A stretch of DNA of 64,000 nt from NCBI GenBank assembly GCA_965240325.2, contig OZ251230.1, positions 2,604,001 through 2,668,000 on the forward strand, read 5' to 3'. Both the position numbers and the translations under genes were made by a program. The notes beneath the pieces were generated by a model, which saw only the letters and a program-made list of their open reading frames with translations, did not search any database and was not told where the DNA came from. Each line of letters starts with the position of its first letter. The stretch's first letter is position 1. Below are positions 20,482-33,163 of the stretch, piece by piece. The DNA comes from Rebecca billardiae RCC1528. Taxonomy: Eukaryota > Protista > Haptophyta.

Positions 20482-23479
20482 CGCGCGCCAGCAGCTCCGA
20501 CGACGCGTCGCGGCGGAGCGTCGGGCGGCGAACGCCTTTATTGCCGCTCAACTTAGAGCCCTCTGTCTCATTCTGCCCTCATCGACCTGTACCAGTACGA
20601 CCCGCCAAGGGAGATAGCCGTACTAGTAGTACCCCCATACGACGCGGTACGAAGCAAGTTTGGGCCGAGTCGCCGAGACAGCGGCGCCGCAGATATTATT
20701 CAATATATTGGCGGCATACTGCTATATATATTAACGACGTGGTATGCAACGGGCAGGCGTATATATAACCCCCCGTCAGCCCGCGACACCGCCGACCGCG
20801 CGCACCCGCAAGGCTATGCCCATCACCCAGCAACCAGCGGCAGCAGGGTGGGAGGGCAGGGAGAAACGACTTCCAGAGTAGGGGGGGCAAAGTGGCACTG
20901 TAGCGTTACTGACGGCCACGAGCGCGGGTCCTAGCGAGTGTTTAGAGTAGGTGGGTCCCTCCCAACTGGGGCGATATTCTGGCGCACTCAGAATGGCGTC
21001 CTAGATTTCGTCTCTCACCCAGAATCGACGCTATAAATGCGTCCCATCGGGGCGGAGCAAAAGTTTCGACCTCAAATCCTACTCCGCGTGCCGTCGCGCG
21101 GCCGAGCGCGCGCGCGCCGCGCCACTAGTGTCACATAGAGATTTTGCGAAGCGTTACTTGATAGTTATGGTGGCTAGATGGCGACATGCGATCGGAATGA
21201 CTTATTGGCAACCGTTGACACCCGACCGAACCATTTTATGAAGCAAAGAGTGGGGCTCTATGCTGTGCGCGGATACCTCCAACAAACTACAGCAAGATCG
21301 AGCAGATTACCCACTTTGTATATAGCCAATTACCCGTATATATAACGACGGTTACCCACTTTATATTGACCATGGATGTGGCTCACTATATATTCAAATT
21401 CGTTCCGATATGTGGGTACGTTTGTTGGGTCATCGAATAGGCGCCGAGCGACGCGGACACAGGCAAACCGGGCCGCAACGGGACTGCCTGCGAGTGGCAG
21501 TGTTTGTGGCGGGCTGCGTGCCGAGGCACGCATCATCGCCCGCCACCGAGCATGTCACCGTCGTCACACGGGAGCCCTCCGCCGTCGAGGCTGGACTATC
21601 AGCCAACGCCACCGCCGGAGCTTGCCGCGCTCGGCGGCTTCCGTGCTCGTACTCAGCGTGTCACCGGTCGTCGTATGCCCACCCGCGTGAGGCCGCCACC
21701 AGTCCACGACTACCGCAGCTGCAGCCCATGCCGTGGACGATACCTCCTACAATCTTCTTGCCAGGCAGCAATACGATAGGTTCACCGACGCTGCTGCTAG
21801 GCTGAGAGCACTCAGCCAGTTGGCCGGCGAGACGTCAGATGGTTGAGCTGCTGGCCTAGCCATCACGTTGCGGCTTCCGCTCGCTCAAGTACACCCAACG
21901 TGACGACGAGAACGTGCCGGGCAATCATCAGACATGCGTCTGAGGGGTCTACCACGCCTAGCCGTAGATTTGCTGAGTACGAGTCTTCGCAGATAACAAG
22001 CGGAACGAGTGGGACCACCCGATGGCAGGAGCAACAGCGTGGGGTGGCACCCGCGCCTGTCAACGCGACCGAGTTCTGTCAAGAATGGACCCATATCCTG
22101 CGACCACGCTCGAGCACCGCATATTATGCCCACACTCGGCATAGGGAAGGATCGCTGAGCGCCTGCTGCCGCTGTCAAAGGCCCTGCTGATCTTCCTGGC
22201 GCTTGATCGTGCACACGGATGGCAAGTCAGCGTGCTCGATGCACATCGCGGCGGCTTCTTAGCATCCCAAGTCCTCAGTGCACCCATCCCAGGCCTGCTG
22301 GTCGATTATTGGTACCAACCCCCACCAAACACGCCCTCTCGGAAGTCGCCAATCGCTCACATGGCTCCCCGAGAGCCCGGGGCTGGCTGTCGTGCGTTCT
22401 CACGAGCAGCTTGCGCGCAGCCCAATTGTCACCTTCACGGTGCGTAGAGCTGCTCAAGATGGCGGGAGCGTCAAGAGTATGCACATGCCTGATGGTGACC
22501 CATGCCTCCCGTCGCCTGACCCGCTTGTAGCGAAAAGTGACCCTGCTCGAAGGCACGGGTCGAACACCTGCCGATCGATTCAAGTTGTCTGTACGCGTCT
22601 AGCCGGGCGAGAGTCAAACATGCCGGCCCGTGCCAGGCGGGGGATGTGTGACCACGGATCCCATCCGTGAGCACGCGCAAAGCGCTGGAGCGCGCGATAG
22701 GTGTTGGCAGTAGTCTACCCGACACACGGCGGCTCGGTCGCGCTGGAGAGGCGCTCCGACATCGTCGGGAGCGTTCAGATCGGGACCCCGGCCGGCGGCC
22801 CGGCGATTTTCCCGAGCCGCGCTCCGCGCGAAAAGAAATCCGGCCATAAAACCCGGTAAATGTTTAAAAGACCGCTGGAAAATCGCCAGGGACCCACCTA
22901 TTTAGAGCTGATTTCGGGCTGGATCATTTGCCCTCTGGAGGGGTCTGGGCCGGCCATGTAAAAAAATCAGGTGCACATACCCTGAATATAGGGCGTAACG
23001 GCTAGCATATTTACTTATTAGAATGAGCCTGAACTTATTGGAAACGGCATGTAACGATCGTCCTATATGTGACATATAGACCATGTCGACCTCACTTTGA
23101 TAGAGCATCTCAGCGAGATCGTTCTGAGTCCTCAGCAGCAGCAGGTCCCAACACGCTGCGTTTTTTGTCGGGCCTGGGCCGCAACCCGCGAACAATTCAC
23201 GCTTTTTTTCGCGATGCCCGCGGTTCTGCCTTCCCATTGGTCGGTCGATGGATCATCTCAACTTCTCCCGGGACAAAGTGAGACATATTATCTCAATAGC
23301 ATCTTTATGAATCTTTGGAATCAAAGTTGAAAGAGCCAATCGTCATCCCGAAAGGCACGATGATGCCGATTCGGCCTAGCTGCAATCTTGTTAGCATCTC
23401 GGCCACTGTTCGCTGGATTTGTGCGGGTTTCTCAGCGGTCGAAGGGGTCTCAAGCAAAGTTGAAGGCTTGCGGGAGCGG

Positions 23480-23980
23480 AAAACTAGGAGACCGCGGCGA
23501 AGTGGCGACAGCTTGCGAAGGGCGTCCACGATGGGCCATACGGCTTACTGTGCAAGGCAACTCGTGCGGGATCGGGCGCGTACGGCGACGTTTGCATGGT
23601 CGTCAATGCGCAGGGTGGGCGGCCTGCGGTGAAACTCACACGACGCCCGACCGCTGGCAACCACACCGCCGTCAGGCCGAGCTTGGCCGCACCCCGCGTG
23701 CGGCGTGGACCGGCCGCCGAGTGGCTTGCGGCCCGCTCAGCACGTACGTCGTCTCACGCATCGGGCCGAAGCAGAAGCGGCGGTACATGAAGCTGGCAGA
23801 CTCGGTCATGGAGTGCTTGTCGGTGCCGTCGAACGTCCACCCACCGACGTCCGTGCCGATGCCAAACTCCTTCTGCTGGCATCCGAGGCACTCGATGATC
23901 ACGCCCTTCGCCTTCGGCTTGTGGAGGCGTCCACGGCGTACCCGTATTGATTGGGACAGGCGATGCGCGAGGACAGCTGA
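23480..23980 (+). pseudogene. Decayed protein-kinase-like fragment (copy 1)
   Basis: From 23569 it reads GSGAYGDVCMVVNAQGGRPAVKL (glycine loop plus AxK-like lysine), then the frame breaks down. Confidence 0.45.
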
Positions 23981-25499
23981 GGGCAAGCCAGCCCGCGCGG
24001 TCCGAGCGTGCGCAGCGCGCGCCGCTGGGCTTGCGTGGCGGCAACAGGCTCCGTTGTGCGGCAGACGGTCGAGTCCGGGGCGCACACGTGCTGACGCAGT
24101 CGCCTACGCAACTGGCTTCGGCTGCCGTGCCTTCGCGGTCGTGCACCAAGCCTGCGTCGCCGCGCGCCGACGCGCCGCCGGCGCGGCGGAGTGCGGGACG
24201 CGGTGCCGCCGCCAGTCAGTCGTCCGGCTGACGAGTCCGCGTCGTTCAGTCACACACGGACGACGGCTGCCGCGTAATGACCGGGCTGGCCCGCGGCCGC
24301 CCACCCAGCCAGTCCCAGGGTGTCCGGAGTCGTGACCGTTGGCAACGGTCACGACAGTGCTCAGGCCTCCTCCGAGAAGTTCGGCGCGTCGGGCTCGATC
24401 GTCATGCCGGCTGTCATGCCGCGCGCGCGCTAAATATTATCGTCGTCGATCGATTAATAATCTAAACGGGCGCCGTCGCCATTGCAAACTTATTCAAAAC
24501 TTAAACTACGTCCGTACCGTCGGCTAGTACCGCTCAGATACTGCTCCAGCAGTCAGACTGTCAGTCCGACGGTCACTCCGGGACCGCCGGACTCAGACTC
24601 AGTGCGTGACTTGTACTCTCCGGACCGGCGGCGGATGACCGCACGGTCCGACAGACGAGTCGGATCGACGGAGACAGGAGAGCCAGACTGAGACACGCGT
24701 CAGTTCGATAACGTGAGACAGTCATAGCACCGTACTCCGTAGTAGCCGACGAGGGCTCGGACAGTCGGACTCGACGTGTCAGTCCGTCAGACCGTCCGCC
24801 GTACGCGTCAGTGACGAGACAGCGGCGCCAGTCGGTCGCCAGTCGAGTGCGGCACCGGGGCGGGAGCCGGAGCCGCTGTCCCGTGTCCGAGTGGCACGCG
24901 GGTTCGAGCAGTTACACCGTGACGCCCGGCCTAAGTCGGTCCGCGCAAGACAGAAGTCGTGAGAAGACGCCGGCGGATCTGATCTGACTTACTGAGACTG
25001 AGCAGATGGCATCATATTCATATATAGCAGCATGCTGATCATATAAGTATATAGATAGCCATCAGCCGTACCGCAGCAGTAAGGCTGATGTAGGCCGCCT
25101 GCGCGGCCCTGAGCGGGAGCCTGATGCCAGCTGACTCCTGTCTGAGGCGCGCCCGGCGCTGCCGCGCCCGGCACCCGGCTCCGGCGCGGCCGGTGCAGGT
25201 CAGCCGTCACTCGTCAGGGTGTCAGCGGTCAGGACCGCGTCCGGCGTCCAAAATCTACGAGTCTGTCCGCGGTCTCGGCGCCCGGGTCCGGACCTTGAAG
25301 TCACTCAGCTGCGTCCGATGCCGCCATCCACAGAGGTATACAAAGTCCGTCTCCACGATCGTCAGAGTCACGCCGCCTCCTGACTAAGGCCGCCGGGCGC
25401 GCGCGCGTCGCGCCCCGGCCGTGAGGTGATCGTGAAGAACTGCGCGCGCGTACGGCGCGCGCGCGTGCCGCGAGGGCTGAATTGGAATGGAACCCTGCC

Positions 25500-25860
25500 G
25501 TGCCAGGATATGCCCATCGCCCTCTGTCCTTGGGCGTCGCCCGTCCCAATGAATACTGGTACGCAGTGGACACCTCCACCTGCAGGCGTACAAGCGAACG
25601 GCGGCGGGCGACGAGGGGCACTGTGATGTGCGTGCTGCATCCAGGCAGCGCGCCGGACGCGTACCTGAGCTTCCTGAGAAGCTGGGCCTTGCATCGGGCT
25701 GTGCTGTTCTCGGCGGACGCGCGTCGTGTGAGCTTCACCATAGCCAGCCCACCCTGGGTGTCGACGACCTTGTAAACATCGCCATGCGTGCTCGTCATCG
25801 TACCGCATAACGGTTCAGCCTCTCCGTAAGCCGCAGATGGGACATCCATCTGCTCGACTC
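25500..25860 (-). pseudogene. Decayed homolog of the 23480-23980 fragment (copy 2, opposite orientation)
   Basis: HGDVYKVVDTQGGLAMVKLTRR aligns with YGDVCMVVNAQGGRPAVKLTRR, and VEVSTAYQY aligns with VEASTAYPY. Confidence 0.5.
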
Positions 25861-28800
25861 CTCGCTGGGGAGCCTCGGGTCGCGCGCCGAATTCACCGAC
25901 TTGCGCGACCTCAGCAGCCGGCCGAGCGGCGCCCAGCCGCGCATGCTTGCCCCCTCAGCACGGCGCGGCGCGGCGTGCACTCGGGCCAACGGGTGCCGCA
26001 CGACATTTAGATAAAGAGCTTCTGCTCCTGCACTCGCAGGTTCCATAGCACGAGCGCGCCCAAGGCGAAGAGGAAGGCGTCGACGGGTGCGGGCAGCGCG
26101 TGTTCGTCGTGCTCCCCCGAGGAGCGCGCCGAGGGCAACGCCACGTGCGCGGCGCCGGCGACGCCGGGCAGCGTGCTCATGGTGTCGTTGAGGAATTCCG
26201 AGATTCCTCTCCCAGACGCGGCGGCGGCGGTGAGGCCGCGCCGCCCTGCTTGGAAGGAGCTCCGACTCCCAAGAGGGCCTTCGGCTGCAAAGCTGATTCT
26301 CTTCCGATCTCCTAGCCGATCTTCGTTTAGTCTATTGGTCCGACGAAGCACAGAAAATGTTTTTTTGGGGGCCTCGGCGTGCCGATCTCGCACGTTAGTT
26401 TGGCAAGCGGTACAGAAACGCTGCGTGCGATATAGGCTGTGTACTGGCAGGCTGTCAAATATGTAGTTTCCTAGAAGCCACCGATCGTTGCATACCCACT
26501 GTGTATATAGGCGCCATGCTGATGAATACAGCCTCGTCTGATCTCGAGCTGCGAGATACGTTTTCAGACTGTGTATGTACGGCCACGCGTACGGCGTATT
26601 GCAGACATAGTAGACCCAAAGCACCGGCCCCACGTCCTCAGCCCGGGAGTGCTCTCGGTCATAGTCAAGGTTTAAAGTCACTCGAGCCAACCGTCACCGC
26701 TCCCTGGCCGAGACCTACGAGGCAGGTCAATTTTGTCGTCGTCGCAGTGCGGCACAGTGCCGAGCATGCGATACGGCAGCAAACGTCTGCTCCAGGCGGT
26801 GGCTGGCGTGTCGTCTGCACCAAACCAGGCTGGATGGGATTGGTCCATATAGGTACGCACTACCCTGTTCCGCGCTATTTCTGGGCTTTGGGGCGGATAT
26901 TCGGCCTACAGAGGCTGATCCGGCGCTGTTCGGCGCTCCTGGCTGGCTGCGCGGAGCCCAACGGCAAGCGCCGGCGTGTGCAAGGTGTCAAGATTGAGAC
27001 GGTCTCTGACGCTCCCGCCGGTCTTGGGCGCACCAGGGTGCACGAGGGCCCATCTGCATCTGCTTCTGCAGGCATGAGCGTCACAGGGGCGCGCTTGCAG
27101 GCACGGTCGAGTGCACGTCGGACCTGTCGAATGAGCAATCCGCTGCCTGCGAGCACGTCCGCGACGTCCTGAGAGGCGAATGGGAGGCGCCCAGACGCCA
27201 TCAGAGGTCACACGTGACCCATACCCAACGTACTGACCATCGCAAGTGCCACGGCAGGTGCAAACACGGGCCCTACAAGCGGAACATGACAGTTGCGAGC
27301 TCCGCGGAGGTGTTGCGCGCGAGCTCGCGCCGGTCTGCTGACGGCGATTCCGGCGCAGTAGGGCAGGTTAGGCGAGTTGACCATGCACATATATACCTAG
27401 ACACCTGCTCCGAGCACCGATCTCACCACTCCGAGTTGATCATGACCCACACCGAGCGGTAGCGTGACGGGCGCACGCAGCGCGCCAATTCAAGCCGGCC
27501 GACGCGCGCCGCGCACGGCGCGAGGTGGCCAAGAAGCGGGTGGTGAGCCGCTGGTGGCGCAAAGGCACGGGTCAGTAGCGCCCACCAGCGTCACGCGCGC
27601 GCGCACCCGAGACCATCTCGGCGTCTCAAAGGTCGCGAGCGCGCGGCGGTCCACTGCCTCCGGCCGCTCGCGCTGGAGCGGAACCGAGCTCTGAGCGTCC
27701 GAGGCGTCGGAGCTCGATTTTCGAGCGGGGTCCGAGAAAAAGGCTCCGCGCCACCCTATAACCGTAAAGAAGAAATGGTCCGCGGCCGTCCGGCCGTGCT
27801 GCGCAAACGATGTCCTCGCCAGGCTCCCTCTGTCCATCCAGCGCCGTGACCATCCCGCAAGGTTCCCTCACATTCTAGACGACGATCTCTGCTTCCAGCA
27901 TAGGAGACAGTCGAGGTCGGAGGTGTGGCCCGTGCGAGTGATGGAGTGACCAGCCCGCAGCCGGCGAGTCCTCGTGTGCGGTGTGGCGCCACCTGTGCAG
28001 CACGACTTGGTTCCTGCATAGCTTCCCCCTGGCTGTGCTCGTGCTGGCTAACCTGACTGACGCGCATCAATCGGCTGTGACGTCCGACACGATCCGCGGT
28101 AAACTATACGAATCTTACGAACGCGTCCTGGTGCCGGCCAGGCGCCGCAGACGCAGTGCGAGCGAGCCAACAGCGCCGTGCACTGGCCGGTTGGCCCACA
28201 AGTGGCCATACGGCGAGACGTCACCAGGCACCTGTCGCACGAGTCGCACGTTAATTCACGTGGTGCGCTCCCTCCGCCTCCCTGCCGATTCAGACTTGAT
28301 GCCCGGCGTCACACCTGACACCAGCTCACTGCCCCAAGGCCCAGATGTGAGAGGTAAAATGGACTTGGAGTCTGGGCTGCCGGCCGGAGCCCATCAAGCA
28401 GACACGCCTGCGGCTGCTGCAGCCGCATCGTGCTGGCGCGGAGACAGGGGACAAAGACCACCCCGTCCGCACCAAGCCATCCGCGATTGTGGTCATCCAG
28501 CCGCCCGAGGAGCCAGCCTCGCGCGAGCAGGCGGCAGACAGCTGCCGCCCGACCACCTGAGCGCGGCACCTGGCAGCACATGCCACACAACGGTGGCGCA
28601 GCTGCCAAGGGCAAGGCAAAGCGGAAGGACGCAATCCTGCGGCCAGCGTCGCAGCGGGCATGCATCCAACCCACACGGGAGGCCCGCAGCCGCCTAGCAG
28701 CCCAGCCCAGCCCGTCACACAGACAGTCACAGCACTGGCTCTCGTGCAGCATCCGCACCCTGCGAGCACGGAGAGTTCAGGACGCAACGCAGGGCGGCGC

Positions 28801-30662
28801 GCGCGCGGCAGACGAGCCAGGCCGTCACCGCCCGCCTCCACAAGCCGCCCCCGCGCGCGCGGTGCGCACTATCCGCCCCAGTGGTAGCACGCAGCGGCGC
28901 GCGCCGCGACCCTGGTCGAACCGGGACGCACTGCTCACGCCGTGGCGCGGCGCGACGGGCGCGGCGCGGCGAGGTCGCATGTGCTTCCCCCGGGGGCCTG
29001 AGCGTACTGGCTGAGGCCCCCACGCGCGGCGGACTCCGTGCGCGCCCCGCCTGGTGTGCGCGCGGCGCGCGGCGCAGCGCGCGGCGGGCTTCCATGGGCC
29101 GGTGCCGGTGCGTATTCGGTCTCGTCAAGATGCGTGCTCGGTCTCGTCAATCGTTACCCGCGTCGCTTGCGGCAGGCGCCCCCCCTTCTAGCGGTTCTCG
29201 AGGCCAACCATCGACGCTTGGACGCCTACGGCCGCGCCAAGCGACGGCGCCGAGCGGGCGCGCGCGCGCGGCACGAGAAGTAGACTCCCGTAGCGTGCCT
29301 CCACACCCCGCCCGCGCCAGCGCACCCGCTCCCGGCTCTCTTTCCGCTCCGCGGCGGCGCGCGGCACCTGAGCCGAACTGAACGCGTGCACGGCGCACGC
29401 CGCAGCGCGGCGCGACGGGCGCGGCGCGGCGCGCTCGGACTTTTCCGGAAAATGGCTCCGAGCGTACGGGCCGACGCGCCCGCGCGCGGCGCGCTCCGCC
29501 CGCGCCCCGCCAAATGCGCGTGTTATCACGAGGCGCGGGTCGCCACCCTTACGCGCGGCGGCGCGGCCGTCGCGAGGGGTCCCCGCACTTGGAGGCGGAC
29601 TGGAAGCGTCCGGACTCTCCTTGATGTTGCACAAAGCCGCGGGGGCGGCACGGTTCCGAATCCGGGCGTGCCCCCCCCGCGGAAAAAGGCCGAGGGCGGA
29701 GCGAAAATGCGACGCGACTTTGCTTTTCGTTTTTAAATGGGCGGTTTGGCCCCCCTATCCAGAGGGGGGGCAGCCACCAGCGCCGCGGTGCCCCGCCAGC
29801 AGCCACGCCGGCCGCCGAGCCGCGCCGGTCGGCCAGCCCGAGCGAGCGCGGCCGCCGACCCAGACGGCGCAACTCCGTGTGACCATCAGCTCGTAATCAC
29901 GTCTTGGCACTCTGCTTGCCTGACGAATGCCGAGCTCGGCTGCGCGCGGATTCCGCGCGGCCCAGCCCAATCTGGGCCTCACTCTATAGCGTGCGATGTC
30001 TGCGATGATACGACCGCGGACGAAACCTCCAGCAGTAGGCATGCAGCCGGACCCTGGCTGCCAGCCCGCCCGCTGATGAGTCGGGATCATCATGATTATA
30101 ATTCATGATGAGCGGGCTACGACCGCGGTGACTAGTTCAGACGATATATACCCGCGCATATATGCACTGCATCTGCAGCAGCCCGCCGGCGGGCCGGGCT
30201 GCGACATCGACTACCACCTCATCTGCTTCATCGCCCAGAGCGCACTAGGCGGCGCGCTCACTCTCCAAGCCCCTCTTCTGCAGCTGCGCGCCGCTTGGCC
30301 GGCGCGCGGCGACGCGTACTACGACCTCATCCTCATCCAGGCGCCCACGCGGGCGCACGGGGGCGACAGCCGCGGCTGCCGCTTGCCGGAGCTGCTCGCC
30401 GCTAGGTCCGGGTCGGCGGGCGGCGACATCGACTACGACCTCACCCTCATCCAAGTGCTCCGGAAGGCGCTCGGCCGCGGCGGCATCTGCCGTCGCCGCC
30501 GCGTGCCCCAGGCCGAGGCGGTGCTCCATCCCGGCCCCGCTCCCGTAGGGGGGCAGGGCTGCGGGTGGCGCACTGTCTGACCTGGACGGAAGGCGCGGAC
30601 GCATTCTATGTGTCTGTTGCACTCTGAGCCTGACGCTTGTCCGATGCTGCCACGTCGTTAAA

Positions 30663-32675
30663 TATATGATTAAACTTTTTTCAGGAATGCGCACCAGAAA
30701 AAGCCTTAACAACCCGCTGGAGTTTCGCCGTCAAATCTCGAGCCGGCCCGCCAATGGCGGAAACGCCACGATGCGGGCCTTCTTCCTCGTCGACCGCACG
30801 TGCGCTCTCGCGATCGTGCGACGAGCTGCGGGCAGATCGACCCGCTCTTCCTGATCGGATGCCGATATCACTCTCAGGTACGCTCGCTCGCGAGCGCGCA
30901 CCCGTCTCCTCGCCGCCCTCGTCGAGCACGAGCCGATCTGCAGCAGATGTTGCACCCCGCGGCTTTGGCCGTGCTCGCGCGCGCGCGGCACGGGCGACAC
31001 AAAATTTGTTTAGCGGGACCTTTGCGCGCATTCCATTCTTTGATGATGGTACCCTTGAGCCCCGGACTAGGTCCCGCTAAACGCTTTCGCTCGTTGGCGC
31101 TGCGTGCGCGCGCAAAGGAGCCACTCCAAAGGCAGCGCACAGGCAGTTGCAGTGAGTAGTTCTCCTCCTGGGCGGCCTCCATGGCCTCGAGCGTGGTGAC
31201 GAGCGCGTCGGTGACCACCACGTGGTCCACCTTGGTGGCGCCGGACAGTCCGGCCGACCCTCGCCGGACTCCACCCTTGCCGCGCGCTGACTGTTTGCCG
31301 GTCGTGCAGCTGCGCCGCCAGCCGCTCGGCGCGAGCGGCGAGCGGCCACATGGTGACACAAGATGGTCGAAGACGTGGCAGCGTGGTGGTGCGTGCGATC
31401 GGGGGACCCCATCTGAGCTACGACACGGGCGCGCGCGCTCGTCCGTGCTCATCACGGTGGCGGAAGCGCGCGCCGCGCGCTCGTCGGCTGACCCGGGCTG
31501 ACGGCTGGGCTGCTTTTGGGTGTCTGCGGCGGCCACAGCTCGCCGGTACGGGCCCTATGGTGGTAGCGAGTGGTACGCTGCGTTGCGCCAGATCCGTGTG
31601 CGTCGCGCACGACGCTCGGCCGGCTCGCCCTCGGACCATTGGCTGAGTTCTACTCGCCGCGCGCGCCGCGCGCAGCAGCCGCTCGGCAGCTGTTCCGGGC
31701 GCGAAGCGCGCCCCGCGCGCTGCACGTGGGCGCGACGAGGTGGTGCAGCGAGCATGCGCGAGTGTGTGCGCGTGATGGGCACCACCATGACGCTACTTGC
31801 CATGCACATCTGCCTCTCGCCACGCCTTCGACACGATAGCTGCGACTGCTGCTCGGAGGTGCGCTCGAGCGCTCGCAGGCGTTTGAATCTGGGCTCGGCG
31901 GCGACCGCGTGGGCGAGGGGCAGCGCGCTGCACGGTGGCGGAGCGCGTGCGGAGCGCAGCCTACACCTCCTACACGCTCCATCCAGACACATCGCGCATG
32001 CTCGCGCGACCTCCTCGGTCCATCACGCGCGCGTGCACGCGCGAGCAGGTGTGGCAGCCGCCGGGCGCGTGCACGGCGCGCCGCGTTGGCGCGCGCGCAC
32101 CGATACCCGTGCGCAGCTCGACGAGCGAGCGCGGTGTGTTTCGATGCGTATGGGGAGGCTCGAATTTGCGCGCGCGCACGCGCCGGCCCTCGCCGCCCCT
32201 TCGCTCGCCCACGCCTCATCTGCGCGCTTGGCGTTTGCAGGCAGCTGCGCATTCTTTCCGACACGTGCGCAAACGAGCAGATGGCGCTGGGCGAGGTCGA
32301 TTGGTGCGTCAGATATTCGGCAACGACCAGGCCCGCTTGTGTGCCGCCGATCGTGCTACTCTCGACGACCACCTCTGGCTCGGTCGCGCGCACGAGGCTG
32401 CTCGCGGCCGAATCGTGCCGTGTACCGTCAAGCTGTACCGTGCGCGGCGATGCGCACTCAGACGTCGGCGTGGGCTGGCATGCGATCGCCCAACGAACAG
32501 CATCGACGAACGAGCATGTCGCGAGCATGGTTTGGCGCACTTCATGGCGCGCACGGGCCGCTCCAAGGCGCGCGAGGGCGCATAACCGCCGTCGTGGCCG
32601 CCGACCCCATCTTGGGCCGCGCGGGTTGTTAAGGCTTTTTCTGGTGCGCATTCCTGAAGAAAGTTTAATCATATA
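30663..32675. mobile_element. Non-autonomous ~2.0-kb TIR DNA transposon with a TA/TATA target
   Basis: 55-bp inverted repeats at 30663-30717 and 32621-32675 (tatatgattaaactttt/cttcaggaatgcgcaccagaaaaagccttaacaacccgc, one mismatch). No transposase ORF. Confidence 0.85.
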
Positions 32676-33163
32676 ACCGAGCTGCTCATCGCCCGCGCGC
32701 GCATGGCGCACGTGCGCCCGGGGGCACGCGCCCGCGGGGGCGCTGCATACGACGACTACTTCGAGACGACGGCTGACGACGCGTGGCACCGCGACCACCG
32801 CGGTGGCGCGTGCGCGTCGACGCCAGACGGTGCGTCGAGCTTCCGCTCGGCGATGGAGTGATGGGCGACTATGAGGGGGGGGACGACGGCGAGGAGCGCT
32901 GATCCTGGTGTTTGTCTCTGCTGCTCGATCTGCTGCTACAGCTTGCTGACTCTGACGCCTGCCCGTTGCATACCACGTCGTTAATATAACCGAGCGGTTA
33001 AAATATACGACAGCAGCAATAACTGTCATAGGCGACGCGCGGTGGCGAATTAAGTCGATACGAGCAGTCTGAAGTCGCCCGGCCCGGCCCCGGCCAGGCT
33101 CGCCGGCGCGCGGGCGCCGCCGCTACTGCTGACACTGCGTGCGCGCGCGACCGCGCCGCTCGC

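Larger units (their letters stand above)
20727..32988. mobile_element. Gene-poor 12.3-kb island of decayed and nested elements with exact 34-bp inverted repeats at its ends
   Basis: tatattaacgacgtggtatgcaacgggcaggcgt (20727-20760) is the exact reverse complement of 32955-32988. The interior has lower GC and no intact gene with host codon bias. Confidence 0.55.

Noticed and set aside
24420-24530. Helitron 3' end at ctagt
   Set aside because: No convincing subterminal hairpin or matching 5' end could be identified.
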